Below are positions 24,301 through 37,525 of a stretch of 64,000 nucleotides of DNA, piece by piece. The translations under genes were made by a program, and so were the position numbers. Below the pieces are notes generated by a model that saw only the letters and a program-made list of their open reading frames with translations, was not told the DNA's origin and made no database searches. Source of the stretch: Tubulanus polymorphus (lineage: Eukaryota > Animalia > Nemertea); NCBI RefSeq assembly GCF_964204645.1, contig NC_134035.1:13300451-13364450 (forward strand), given 5' to 3'. Each line of letters starts with the position of its first letter. Within the stretch, counting starts at the first letter, position 1.

Positions 24301-24871
24301 ACGTGCAAAAATAATGATGAGGAGTTTGTATGTAAAATCCACGTTGAATTAACAGGAAAACTATATCGAAATTATTACAATGAGCCGCTAATATCATGGG
24401 TGTAATATCGGGCGAGAAGTCGCTGTTGTTGTCCTCGTGGTCGTAGAAACCGTGTTGAAATTCTAACTGTATTCTCTGCTGCGTGTTCGTGTAAATCGAA
24501 TGGTTCAAAAACAGTTCGCAAATTCGAACGTAACCGTTTTTGATAGCGTGTAAAAAAGCGTCTTCGATCACTTCCAATTTACAGCGGCCCAGTAGGAATT
24601 GTATGATGTCGATGTGTTCCTGTATGACGGCTAGTTGTAGGGCCGTACGACCCAGAATATCCACGCAGTTTACGTTAAAATGACTTCCCTCTTCGACGCA
24701 AGCTTTGATTATTTTCAGATTTCCGGATTCGGCCGCGTGAAGGAATCGCCTCTCGACGTCGGACAGCGGCGAATCTCCGAATATGTTCAATGATTGTTGA
24801 TCGCTGTAGTTTTGATTTGTGTTCATCATTTTTCGATAGGTTTCCATGAGATCTGGAATCCCTGGCGATGT
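18356..24871 (-). CDS. TRPC: Canonical transient receptor potential channel (TRPC / trp-gamma-like), core exons, ~1090 aa from Met 24847
   Basis: Exons in minus-strand order: 24119-24871, 23374-23532, 22917-23081, 22647-22821, 22058-22261, 21478-21766, 21122-21344, 20618-20767, 20018-20101, 19758-19839, 18356-19371, all phase-compatible. Ankyrin repeats ([15 protein letters not shown]), TRP_2 motif [10 protein letters not shown]...[13 protein letters not shown], pore LFWSTFGL, S6 [18 protein letters not shown] box [10 protein letters not shown]. Confidence 0.93.
20393..20613. mobile_element. MITE family B inserted in a TRPC 5' splice site
   Basis: TIRs plus TTA duplication on both sides. Confidence 0.82.
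23175..23314. mobile_element. MITE family A
   Basis: ggggccagttgcatagtc...gaccgtgcaactggaccc palindromic element. Confidence 0.8.
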
Positions 24872-25048
24872 CTGAAAAATATAGTATATACAATATGTTA
24901 TAGAATAGAGAAGTGAATATAGTTATTTTCATTAAGACGTTACATTATCGGGGGTTACTACAAAGGTGCGAGAAAATGAGTCAATATAATATCTATAAAC
25001 AGAGGAAAACGAATAAATCGATAAACCCACAATGACATGAAAAACTCA

Positions 25049-25188
25049 GGGGTCAGTTGCATAGTCGTGACTTAAGTCAAAAAGTGGTCTTAAATCTTAA
25101 GACCGGTCTTTAGTTGTTAGATTGGCTATAGAACTAAGTTGGTCTTAGACTGGTCTTAAGTCTAAGTCATGACTATGCAACCGGCCCC
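25049..25188. mobile_element. MITE family A (apparent CAG target duplication)
   Basis: ggggtcagttgcatagtc...gactatgcaaccggcccc. Confidence 0.82.
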
Positions 25189-26209
25189 AGGAGAGTTTTA
25201 TATTTTCATATTTTGAAATGGCTCACGGACTTGAGTCTTAACGTTTAACTATCTCACGGTAAATCTCGGGATATTCAAATATTCATTGGAATTCCGTGCG
25301 AATTCCGTAGCTCTCAAATTATGAGCTAAAACTCTACAACTGAATTAACCGATAAAGCACGAAGTTCTCTACCAGAAGTAGACGGTTATACCACCGAACC
25401 GGAAGTGACGACACAGCGCTCGGCGGAAGTACAGATAAATGCGATGAAGTTCAAGGACACTTATACGCAGACGATACGCAGACTGCTGGGATAGACCTTT
25501 CTATTTGAAGAGGCGCGGTGTTTAAAATTACACGCATTGTTTTATTGGAAAAATCAAGGGCAGGAAAAATCTATAATTTTAAAAAGTGCCGCGAAGCAGC
25601 CCTGTGAACGGAACAGTTAAGGTTGGCTGTAAATTCGAATTAGTGTACTCGTTCATATGAATACTTCACCAAGAACCTTAGTGTCTGATGTACCACGGAC
25701 AGGATCGTAGGGCAACGTAGATACACTGTGGAGACAGCCACTGCCAGGACTGGGTAAAATGAATACCTAATATGGAAATGAAACTCTGGACCCAGTTGCA
25801 AAGTCATGGGTTTAGAACTAATAGATATAATTTCATAAAATCTAGATATATTTTTCTACTGCACATATTTCGCCATTCGTTATAAATATGACATTAAATG
25901 TGACCTAGTTCAATTCATTTTAATTCCCTAGTCATGACTATGCAAAAATGAAACTAGGCCAAAATGAAAAATACATGAATATTTCACAAAACGATATTAA
26001 TCCTAAAATACCTCGCATAAATATCACGAAATAAAGAATCCAATCTGATAAATCTGATAATCTCGAATAGTAAATCTCAAATATCAGATCATGTCGTAAG
26101 ATTCCATGTTCTCATTTCTCATGTTTAATCCGACGCCAGTTCCGCGTGTCTCACAAAAAATTTGACTCAAAGATTGAAATATTGAAAATTAAAACTCAGA
26201 GTCACTGTT

Positions 26210-26425
26210 ACTCACAACAGTGGAATTGAATCCTGAGTTCAGAGATAACTGTAACTCACAACTGTGGAACTGGATCCTCAGTTCAGAGATAACTGTAACT
26301 CACAACTGTGGAACTGGATCCTGAGTTCAGAGTTAACTCTAACTCACAACTGTGGAACTGGATCCTCAGTTCAGAGATAACTGTAACTCACAACTGTGGA
26401 ACTGGGTCCTGAGTTCACAGTTTAC
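26210..26425. repeat. 44-bp tandem repeat (~5 units) containing ctcacaactgtggaactgga
   Basis: Units start at 26255, 26299 and so on; core equals the terminus of the MITE at 52947-53057. Confidence 0.85.
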
Positions 26426-27589
26426 TCTAACTATCTGTTGACTTTGATATCCCTGTAGTGAACGACATTTACGAAGAATCTTCGTAGAGCGACGACGTAG
26501 ATGACGGCGTGGAAACCGGCACTGTCACTGGGTGAATGAATGACGATGAAGACGGCATTTAATTCCTGATGACGAACTCTTAATATTGACGTTTATATGA
26601 ATTCAAAAGCTAAAAAGCTATACGCAGAACAATTAAAGCGCACTTTACTACACAGCCCCATTAGAGATATTTACACTGTAACAAGAGGGTGAGAGGGAGA
26701 GGGGGGAGGGAGAGAGGGAGGAGGATCTTGTGTTTATTGAAATGTCTATATCTAAATTATGTCATGGGAACAGAGTGTAATTCAATACACACTTTCTCCG
26801 TGTCACATATCTATAAAATTATCACTGATGATCAACACTGTGCTCGGATTGGTGCTACCTCATCCCCTACCTCACCTCTTACTCGACCCCACCCCTCCTT
26901 CCCTCACCCCATCTCCCCTGTGATTCTTATATTTTCACCTGAATCGAACATGTTTCTAAATCGCTTATTTTGGGATTCTCCATTTTATTTTCCACGTACA
27001 ACGCTATTGAAATGCTATCGTCGTGGCAACCTAGTATTGTAAAATATCAATTTAGTTGACCGAAGCCTCTGTCTGGCTATGTTCAAGGCACGTCCTAAAG
27101 GTTCCTACAGAGACCAGTCATGCACGATCTATAGAATCACCAAACAGGTCAGTTTTGGATTGTTCTGGTGCAAAGCAGTTTGTGGCATGTTCTACAAAAG
27201 CTGACGTTATTGTCACGCGATGGTCGCTCTGCGCGCTGTTCTGTACGTGAAAACTTGTAACAATGAAATAGCGAATAAAATGAGTCTGGTTTCTTTCAAA
27301 CATGGATCCAATTTTCGGTTAGCGATTTGTGTTTGTGCCACAGTGTGAAACTTGCCACCGTGAATATTATAATCACTTATGAAGTCAGAATGAGGAAGGA
27401 TGATAGTTTGAACAACATGAAACTTTTTTTAGTTAATTCATAATTGTGGGTTTCCATGTTTTATAACTAGCGATTTTATGCATGTTGGCATTTACACTGA
27501 ATAATGTTTAACATTCTTACATTTCTAGTATTTATAAACAATTAAACAATTAACCTTGATTATCATTTCACCAGTGCATATATCTTCTG

Positions 27590-27728
27590 GGGCCGGTTGC
27601 ATAGTCATGGCTTAGGCTTAAGACCAGTCTAAGACCAACTTTGTTCTATAGCCAATCTAACAACTTAAGACCAGTCTTAAGATTTAAGACCACTTTTGGA
27701 CTTAAGTCACGACTGTGCAACTGGCCCC
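27590..27728. mobile_element. MITE family A (CTG target duplication)
   Basis: ctg-gggccggttgcatagtc...gactgtgcaactggcccc-ctg. Confidence 0.82.
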
Positions 27729-28592
27729 CTGGGGAATGCGATGAAATTTGAGCATGATTTAAGTTTAAATCACTTTTTCTCCTGTTACCTAAGTAACCCT
27801 ATATACATTGTCAGACCAAGATGAAATATTAGTTCAAGACATTTTTTACCGACGCAATTTTATCATTTCACTGCTAACATGACCACGTGACTCACCAGTG
27901 CGGTAAACCCTACACATCGATCTACCAGAGCGTCCTCTATCGACGAAATACTATACTTTCTAACCCTCCTAGCGCGTCTGGCGGCTCGCATGGTTCAATA
28001 TTAATCACAGTCAAATCGAGTCGAAAAATGTTTTTGAAAATAAAATCAGCGGAAAAATATTTGTACACCGTAAAAATTTCTTCCGCGAAAATATCATTCC
28101 ACGAATATCATCCCTACACGTATTTCCGTTTATAAGTTTTAAATCATCGTTTTGAAGATTTCTGGATACTTATTTTTTTCTGAATAATATTCGGCATATA
28201 ATTAACAGCGAGCGAGAGAGAGAGAGCGTAACGAGTTATTGGAGAACGCGATCGACAGCTCGTTTTATGTAAATTCCGCAATAGGATGCCGATATAGTTT
28301 TCCCGATGAACATGTTATGAAAATATAAACGCTGAAATGAAAACACGTAGAAAAAATCCGTTAACTTTCAACAACAAAGAGTAAGAGAATCCGCCCTTCT
28401 CCTCCGTTATATTGACATCTGAATTGACGGAATAATAATATCAGTTGTTTGTATCGCGTACTGTATCCGTAAAGAAGAAATGTATATCCGATATTCCCTG
28501 GTTGATTCGAGTGAAATCCTTGTTTTTTAGTTTCAAAAACAGGAAACGCGTTTCGAAAATTGTACAGGTAAATATCCGCTTAACGTACATAC

Positions 28593-28778
28593 GTCAACAT
28601 CATCTGTTATACCAGCACCAGCACCAGCACCAGCACCAGCAGCAGCACCAGCACCAGAGGAATGTATTTTACCAAGAATTGAAACAGTGCGGTGTTTGTG
28701 TCTCCACAGTAAAGACTCTCTGATATAAATGGGGAGGTGATGGGGGGAAGAGGGGGGAGCAGGGCGGAGATTACTCAG
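28593..28778 (-). CDS. Candidate phase 0-0 N-terminal exon of the TRPC gene (contains a GA-repeat tract)
   Basis: atttcag| acceptor and |gtatgt donor; 186 nt open frame LSNLRPAPP...GAGAGITDDVD that joins the 24871 acceptor in frame. Confidence 0.5.
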
Positions 28779-28867
28779 CTGAAATATCGTGAACATATGG
28801 TGTTCACTTACTATCAATATCTCAGATCATAAACATTGTAAAATGTGTGGCTTAATAGAGAGGTAAT

Positions 28868-29345
28868 AGTTCTGTGTCCGGTAACACGGTTCTGTGTCCG
28901 GTAACACGGTTCTGTGTCCGGTAACACGGTTCTGTGTCCGGTAACACGGTTCTGTGTCCGGTAACACGGTTCTGTGTCCGGTAACACGGTTCTGTGTCCG
29001 GTAACACGGTTCTGTGTCCGGTAACACGGTTCTGGTCCGAGTTTCACAGTTCTGGACCCAGTTCTGCAGTTCAGGAGCCAGTTCCACAGTTCAGGAGCCA
29101 GTTCCGCAGTTCAGGATCCAGTTCCACTGTACGGAACCCAATTCCACAGTTCAGGAGCCAGTTCCACAGTTCTGGATCCAGTTCCACAGTTCAGGAGCCA
29201 GTTCCACAGTTCTGGATCCAGTTCCACAGTTCTTGATCCAGTTCCACAGTTCTGGATCCAGTTCCACAGTTCTGGACTCGCAGTTCCACAGTTCTGGACT
29301 CAGTTTCACAATTCTGGACCCAGTTCCATAGTAACACAGTTCTGG
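28868..29345. repeat. Two abutting 20-bp minisatellites: (tctgtgtccggtaacacggt)n then (ccagttccacagttctggat)n
   Basis: Perfect tandem units 28868-29034, then variant units to ~29345. Confidence 0.9.
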
Positions 29346-29640
29346 CATATAGTGGGTAATTACCTTACTTTAGTTAAAGAGGTTTGTTTCCACAGTATTG
29401 TACTTAAAAAGCTATAAAACACCTAAAAACTGATATATTTATATTTGAACAGTATGAACACAGCAAGCAGAATCTGTGAATAAATATTGGAATCAGATTC
29501 GTATTCTGATTGGAAATCGAATTACAGGTTTAATTATTAACACAATGAACCTACAGGGAAAATGTTTGTCTACAATCGGGTCAATAATAATTGGTTCAAA
29601 CTATAGTGAGACAAAGTCCATAGTTTGATGACTTAGAATA

Positions 29641-30133
29641 TAGTTCAAGGAATACAGTATTCCTGAAGATGACTATTTGGATATAGTCGAAACGTTGACT
29701 AAACTACACTAGCTCAAGGAATACAGTATTCCTGAAGATGACTATTAGGATATAGTCGAAACGTTGACTAAACTACACTAGCTCAAGAAATACAGTATTC
29801 CTGAAGATGACTATTTGGATAAAGTCGAAACGTTGAATAAACTACACTAGTTCAAGGAATACAGTATTCCTGAAGATGACTATTAGGATATAGTCGAAAC
29901 GTCGAATAAATTACACTAGCTCAAGGAATACAGTATTCCTGAAGATGACTATTAGGATATAGTCGAAACGTTGAATAAACTACACTAGCTCACGGAATAC
30001 AGTATTCCTGAAGATGACTATTAGGATATAGTTGAAACGTTGAATAAACTACACTAACTCAAGGAATACAGTATTCCTGAAGATGACTATTAGGATATAG
30101 TCGAAACGTTGAATAAACTACACTAGCTCAAGG
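29641..30133 (+). ncRNA. Tandem array of seven 69-bp units, each containing a minimal type-I hammerhead ribozyme
   Basis: Unit consensus TATTC-CTGAAGA-T-GACTAT-taggat-ATAGTC-GAAA-CG-T(T/C)-GAATA: stem I TATTC/GAATA, core CUGANGA, stem II GACTAT/ATAGTC, GAAA, palindromic ACGU in place of stem III, UH site. CTGAAGA starts at 29663, 29732, 29801, 29870, 29939, 30008, 30077. Confidence 0.78.
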
Positions 30134-30840
30134 GAACATTTTCAGACTTGTTTTTTTTTAAATATGTGATTGTCTATGATGATGAATGCATGTACGACCC
30201 AAACCGCGTGGGTGAAATTTTAAATAATCGCCACGACCGTGAAATGATATTAGAAATTACTCGTAATAAATCATGAATTCTATCTATAGAGAATTTTTAT
30301 CACCCGAAATCAAAACAATAAATGTCGTGTTGGGAATAATTCGCTGATTGATGGTTCCAGCACGAGATCAGAACGTTATCATCACAGGACATCAACACCG
30401 AACCCCTATAATGCGGATAAACGATACCGCACCACCCACCCGTGTCAACTAATCCTTAAAAACTAATCAAACATTGCATAGTCATGGGTGGAGCCTCCCA
30501 AAAATCATGGTCATCGTTTATCCCTGTAAGGAACATTGAAAACATCAAATCATTTAATTAATGTCTCACGTTGCGAGGATGCGCTATAGACTTAAAACTG
30601 TAATCAACGATAACCGTTAACGAAACACCCCCTCCCCCACTTCCACACCTCCCCGCCTTCCCACCACAACCTTACGCCATAGTCTGAAGATGATTAGTCA
30701 TGAAGACGACTAGGATATAGCGAAGATGAATATAGATAATAATCGTCGAAACATTGAAATCAAATCATTGACTCTAGAAAACGTTTCATTTTCAGTGTGT
30801 GGGATTTTACAAGCTGCAACATTCTAAATTATGTACTTAC

Positions 30841-30924
30841 AATAGTAAAAAGCGACATCGTTTGAACTAAAGCGTCCAACGTTGAAGAGGATTTACGGCG
30901 CGGCGTCGTCGTGTTTTTATCCAT
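30841..30924 (-). CDS. Candidate alternative first coding exon of TRPC (MDKNTTTPRRKSSSTLDALVQTMSLFTI)
   Basis: ATG-started 28 codons ending at a perfect |gtaagt donor in phase 0. Confidence 0.45.
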
Positions 30925-32271
30925 CTTAGATATTCAACCAATCAGTCAATTACATCACACTGCCGTATGTAGATATCCAACCGACGACGATATCAGAAAC
31001 CGAATAATAATCATTGTCTAATTCTCGAGTAGGAAGTGTCGTCCGTCAATAACAAAATCCGACGCTAGAATGAGTCTGAAATATTTTTTCCTCGAGCCTG
31101 TAGTTTATTCGACTGCATCCTGAACAACTGCCAACTCAACTTACTCAAAATCAAAATCAGAATCCCGGTTTCGTTCCGTGAGTCCGAAATGGTTCCTTGT
31201 GCTGATATTTCATTCAACGTTTCGACTAAATCGTGATAACCAACATGTTCAGCAACAATATTGAGTAATACCCAAAATCAAACTCAAACCGTTTCTTTTA
31301 AATGAAAACCAACACTTCAAGAGTTCGAAACGTTTTGACTTTATCCTGATAGTCACGAACTTCAGCAACAACGCAGTTTCAACAAAACCAGATGATGTAC
31401 ATCCAGTCTCAAGAACAAAGTGATTAGTTAAGTAATCGCTGCCGCCCACGTCATTTAGATGGGGGAAATAAGCCAATCGCGCAGCGCACTATCGGATTCA
31501 CTGGACTGATTAAAAAAATCTCCTTTATATCGCAATTTGTTGCGCCGTTCACTTCAAAATGTTTCCAATATCTGAAAAAAACTATCGCTAACAAACAGCG
31601 GCAGGACGACTCGACTCCAGCGACTCGATGCAAACAACATCCAAATCGATGAATTCCAGGCTGGAACATTGCCACCTGATGATGTTTGACTTATTAAGTG
31701 TGTAAAAAGTACTTTTACTCGTAGAACTCGCGTGTCTGAGTAGAATCTGATAATATTTCCTGAGTCACTTAAAATCCCACTACGCCGGAGATACAGTATC
31801 AGCACGACGTAAAAATCCCACGATCGTAAATTCACTAAAAAGTTGTTTTTTTTAAATTTATCAGCAATAGATATTTCGGATATGGCTACCATACCATTTT
31901 AGACTGAGAAAAGGTAAGCAGTGATCACCCGAAATATTACTAATAATTTTTTCATAAACCTTTTAGTAAATTTATAATTGCGGGAAATGACGTTTAATAG
32001 TTTCCTATAGTTGCGACGTTACGGTGATGTAGATTAAGATAAGTGTGTCAGGTGATAAGTAAGATGAGTGATGCTGTCGATGTTGGGTTGCGTTACTAAC
32101 TCCACATCTCACCATACCACCGCGGCTGTTGTCGTATATCGCTTTAATGCCACCTATAAATCAACAGTTGATGTTTAAACTAGTTTAATTACACAGTCTC
32201 TAGTGGTTGCGTAGGTCCACTTATAATCATCATTGCTTGACGTGTGAAGTTTGCTCATTGACTTTACATTA

Positions 32272-32805
32272 GTCTTAGGTTTATAGAGATCTAGGCTTAT
32301 AGATAGAGGTTAGGGTTAGGTTTAGACTTATGAATATAGGTTAGGGGTCGGTTTAGGCTTATAGATAAAGGTTAGGGCTAGGTTAAGGCTTGTAAATAGA
32401 GGTTAGGGCTAGGTTTAGACTTATAGATCTAGGTTAGGGCTAAGTTTAGGCTCATAGATAGAGGTTAGGGGTCGGTTTAGACTTAAAGATCTAGTTAGGG
32501 CTAGGTTAAGGCTTGTAAATAGAGGTTAGGGATAGGTTTAGGCTTATAGATAGAGGTTAGGGCTAGGTTTAGGCTTATAGATAGAGGTTAGGGCTAGGTT
32601 TAGGCTTATAGATCTAGGTTAGGGCTAGGTTTAGGCTCATAGATAGAGGTTAGGGGTCGGTTTAGACTTATAGATTTAGGTTAGGGCTAGGTTTAGGCTT
32701 GTAAATAGAGGTTAGGGCTAGGTTTAGGCTTATAGATAAAGGTTAGGATTAGGTTTAGGCTTATAGAGATCTAGGCTTTTAGATAGAAGTTCAGGTTAGG
32801 GTCAG
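32272..32805. repeat. ~35-bp satellite built from telomere-like TTAGGG/TTAGGC motifs
   Basis: Unit approx. aggttagggctaggtttaggcttatagatag, more than 12 copies. Confidence 0.85.
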
Positions 32806-33887
32806 AGATGGAAGATACATAGATGAATGAGATACCGGTATCCAAATGATCCTTTCATTCTTATTTTTTTTCTACTTTTCAACTTGTTTCATATTCCGAT
32901 GTCCAGTTCAGCTTCAGAGAGAGGAATACAAACCTTAATTTCATTAACTCAAGCGTAATAGACTGCATATTATTTGGGGCTGACCCAATTTTCATTTGCA
33001 ATGAGTTAACCTCGAGAAAAGGACAATGAGTTACCCCAAGGATACTATACTTTACCCACAGCCCTTGTGAAATAAGGTAGGCCTACTGCATGGTACGTGA
33101 GTAGCTAAAACTGATATAAAAAGATACATATTTAATACGCGTGCGACACACTGTCAAACTCTGCGGGGGGGGGGGCTTTTTACATATTGCGCAGGTTTTC
33201 CATTTACAAGTGACTTATCAAATTACCCGCCGCCCCGGACACGACTGGAACAAACAGCAGTTTTACAGGTCTATGAATCGAGCTGCAAGTTTCAGCTACT
33301 GTTTACAGAATTCACACGGTGTGTGATTACCGCTTTATGTTTTATATACTCGAGTTATTCGATCCATTTCTAGTGTCGCCATGTGCAGTCGCTCGCGGCG
33401 ATCCGATCAGGGTTTTTTTTTGTTCGAGAATGGACTACATTTCGTTTAAAAGCATGTTCTGTTAAAAACGATTTACGAGAATGATATTTCTGATTATTAT
33501 CCATTAATCTCAATGTGAATATATGGAGAGACTTATCAATTGATGTTAATGTGTTCATGTATGGTTAAACGTTTAATTCCAGGATGGGTGAACGGCAACC
33601 AAGGATCTCTCCGCCTCCCTAGTGAGGGGAGGGAGGGGTGAAGATGGAGGGATATTGAGTGCAATAAGGGTGATGGAGGACAGTCGAGTCATCACATTAC
33701 TGATGTTGTCTCTATTTTCCTGTCTCAATTAGTATTTTTAAATCAATACTAAATGTGCGTAAATCGTCGTTCGGATAATTGTAGTCACAATATTGAAGTG
33801 ATCTCTATCTAGTTTTGAAGCCTTTGTTCTTGGAAGGAAACTTTTGAACCTGATTTTGATTAATAAGAGTCGGGATGGAAGAGGACA

Positions 33888-34160
33888 GGGTGGTGCTAGC
33901 TGCAGATGGAAGGGGAGAGAGTGATGCTGGATGCTGGCTGCAGATGTAAGGGGAGGGGTTGGTGCAGGATGCTGGCTGCAGATGGAAGGGGAGAGAGTGA
34001 TGCAAGATGCTGGCTGCAGATGGAAGGGGAGAGAGTGATGCTGGATGCTAGCTGCAGATGTAAGGGGAGGGGTTGGTGCAGGATGCTGGCTGCAGATGTA
34101 AGGGGAGGGGTTGGTGCAGGATGCTGGTTGGAGATGTAAGGGGAGAGGGTGATGCTGAGT
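33888..34160. repeat. G-rich ~37-bp tandem repeat (gatgctggctgcagatg(t/g)aagggga...)
   Basis: Visible tandem units. Confidence 0.8.
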
Positions 34161-35749
34161 AGATGGTTGAAGGAGATGGCTGTATTTGTGGTATATAAAT
34201 GGCTATAGTTACTGAGTTACTGAAAGTAAACACAATATTTACCAAATATCGAATCAATATTTACAAGCGGTAAATATGAATATATGTGGTTTATTTGATT
34301 GATTTCAAACCGACCGACTTTCATTATTAACAAATCATAGATTACATCATAGATCTAGCTATTCATTTATCGTGATTAGGTCATAAAGACCTCATAGAGA
34401 GGTCATTACAACCTCATAGAGAGGTCATTACAACCTCATAGAGAGGTCATTACAACCCTTCATAAATCCACGGAAGATCTATAGACCCTTCCAGAAAGAA
34501 TTGTGGCTTCTTCCATGATGGACTAACCAAATTCGGTCCTAAATTAATTTGAAGAAGGAAAACCCGTTAAGTAATCATTCAGCGGCCGGTTCCACATGCG
34601 AGACCGAAGATGAAAAGTGGTGTTAAATCTTAATACTGGTCTTAAGATGTGAGATTGGCCATAGAACCAAAATGATCTTTGGTCTTAAAAGTTGTTAGAT
34701 TGGCTATAGAACCAGAATGAGCTTAGGATGGTATTAAGTTGTGTTAATGTAACCAAAATGAGTTTTGGCTGGATTTCTCCTAAGTTGTTAGGATTTGCTG
34801 TAGAACAAAGATATGGTCTTAGAATGGTATTGAGTCCTGATTATACGGAACCACTCCCAGAAGTATAACATTTATTTATGCGTCATAGAGGATTTTTAGG
34901 AGGAGGTGTCCATCTTTATGCCGGAAGACTAACAGTTTATACGTGATGTGAACTCTTTACACTGATTCTGTAAATTAAGAGACAGCGCGTCAATGAAATG
35001 AACTCAGTTGACGAGGTTTCAGTAAGTGACGTGTGTTAATTCGAATAAACGTCTTTATGAAGAAAAAAGCGGATATTACATTTTTAGAGAAATTGACACC
35101 AAACGAAACATGTAATAAATCGAACGTATTCGCATAGTTCTGATCGGGATCGATACGAAATTACCCCCATCGTGACGAGCTCGAGTTGGTTGCGATGTTT
35201 TATTTACAGAAATATTGATAAATTCAATGGTGCGATTATTATTAAATCTGCCGACGAGTTGGTTCTATTTGACGACTCATACAACACGCGATTGAGTGAG
35301 TGAGAGAGAGAGAGGGCTGGGAAAAAAACCCGAGCTTATTACCGAGGCTATGAAATGATTTTTTTGTCGCGGGTCCCATGAGAGAAGTTAAATAGCACGG
35401 CGCGGTAAGGTGGGGTAAAAAGAGAGGAGCTTTCATCATAAGAGCTATTAATTGTCACCGCATACACACGTCACGTGACACTAACGGCCTGTCTGCGCGT
35501 ACTGGTATTGAGTGCTAAGCTAACGATACTTTGCACGCGATGTTCTTTTAATTAGTAAACCACGGAGTACAGCTCAGTGTCTGAACACACGCGACTGTCG
35601 AGGACTCAATCATCATCAATAAATATTTAGTTATTGCATGAAATCTTGTAAGAGATCTCATTTTTTCGGGGGTTGATCGATGATCAGCAGCTGGTACGTG
35701 TGTGCTGCTTGGTTGAGGGGTCAAAATATACTCTGACTCTTACCAGAGG

Positions 35750-36058
35750 TTGAGAGTTTGTGAAATACAGTAGACTCTGTCTCTTACTGCGGTAAAGTTG
35801 AAACTGGTAAAATTCTACCCCGAGTTGGTGTCAAATACTGGGTAAGAGTTTGTGAAATACAGTAGACTCTGTCTCTTACTGCGGTAAAGTTGAAACTGGT
35901 AAAATTCTACCCCGAGTTGGTGTCAAATACTGGGTAAGAGTTTGTGAAATACAGTGGACTCTGTCTCTTACTGCGGTAAAGTTGAAACTGGTAAAATTCT
36001 ACCCAGAGTTGGTGTCAAATACTGAGTAAGAGTTTGTGAAATACAGTAGACTTTGTCT
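35750..36058. repeat. 92-bp satellite, ~3.3 units (reverse complement of the 48836-49662 array)
   Basis: gagtttgtgaaatacagtagactctgtctcttactgcggtaaag...; period 92. Confidence 0.9.
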
Positions 36059-36820
36059 CGGGATTTGCAGACCACTAAACCGCGCCCGATATTTGACTCC
36101 CCGCTATCACTGATACTGAACCCCGAGCTCGGTTTTCTGACCAAGCTGTTATGCTGGTCTTACATGTTACGAGCAGTATTGAAAATTAAAAGAATATACA
36201 TTCAAACCCATGGTTTGTGGTCTGTCCCTGGGTAGAACCTGCTTAACGCTGGTAGCTAATTCAATAAACTGTATAATAATAACAAATTGATAGATAGATA
36301 ATCGGCTGATTGAAATATCGATTTGAAAACAGTAGAATATGAAATATTGGTCGCGCGGCTCAGGGAAGAGGAGGGGAGTGGGATGGGGAGTGGGAGGGGG
36401 AGTGAGAGGGAGGACATAGAGTGGGATGTTTACACTGTGTAAACTACCACTGCTATACCGCGGTAGAGCTCGCTTCAAACTAATAAAATCCTCGTCAAAC
36501 ATTATTCGAACATTTCACAACGCAGGGAAAATATCTATCGTATATCGTATATCGATGTGACCAGTCGTATCGTATATCGACTATCGTATATCGTATATCG
36601 ATGTGACCAGTTTGAGTACGGCTTTTAGTACTGATACAAAATCAATACAATCACTGGGAAAAAAAATGAATCCTTGGAAAAAAATGACGTTCGTTCTATA
36701 ATAATACAAACGCTTATACATATACGAATGTTATTTGAAATATTCGCTTACCAGTGGCTGCATTCACGATTCAACAATCGCGCGGTCATGTTACGGCCAC
36801 ATGCCAGTTGTTTTTACGTG

Positions 36821-36926
<106 letters not shown>

Positions 36927-37247
36927 GCGGTTTATTAAAGATATATAGTATCGCCTGTTATAGTCCTGAGAGTCGTGAAGAGTCATATGAAGTCAGTCAC
37001 AGGTGGTCTCTATAACTCTGAACACAACAGGTTTCAGAACACAATATACTTGACATTACAGACATCATTATGTATATTATACACATACTTAGTTAGCATA
37101 ATAATTAATCGATTATCAATATGAATATTAATATTAATACTAATATTAATATTAATATTGATATTATCACGTCAAATAAACGTTTATATTGTATTCTAAA
37201 AATCGTATTATAGTTTGAATTTTTAACTAGATCTAGAACTGTATAGA

Positions 37248-37525
37248 AATGTGGAACTGGTTCCTGAACTGTGGAACTGGATCCAGAACTGTGGAACTGG
37301 ATCCTGAACTGTGGAACTGGATCCTGAACTGTGGAACTGGATCCAGAACTGTGGAACTGGATCCTGAACTGTGGAACTGGATCCTGAACTATGGAACTGG
37401 ATCCAGAACTGTGGAACTGGATCCTGAACTCTGGAACTGGATCCAGAACTGTGGAACTGGATCCTGAACTGTGGAACTGGATCCTGAACTGTGGAATCGG
37501 GTACAGTAACTGCGGAACTGAGTCC
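37248..37525. repeat. 20-bp minisatellite (gtggaactggatcc(a/t)gaact)n
   Basis: About 13 tandem units. Confidence 0.92.

Noticed and set aside
29641-30133. CRISPR-like regular repeat array
   Set aside because: Units are near-identical across their full length with no unique spacers, there are no cas genes, and the context is eukaryotic.
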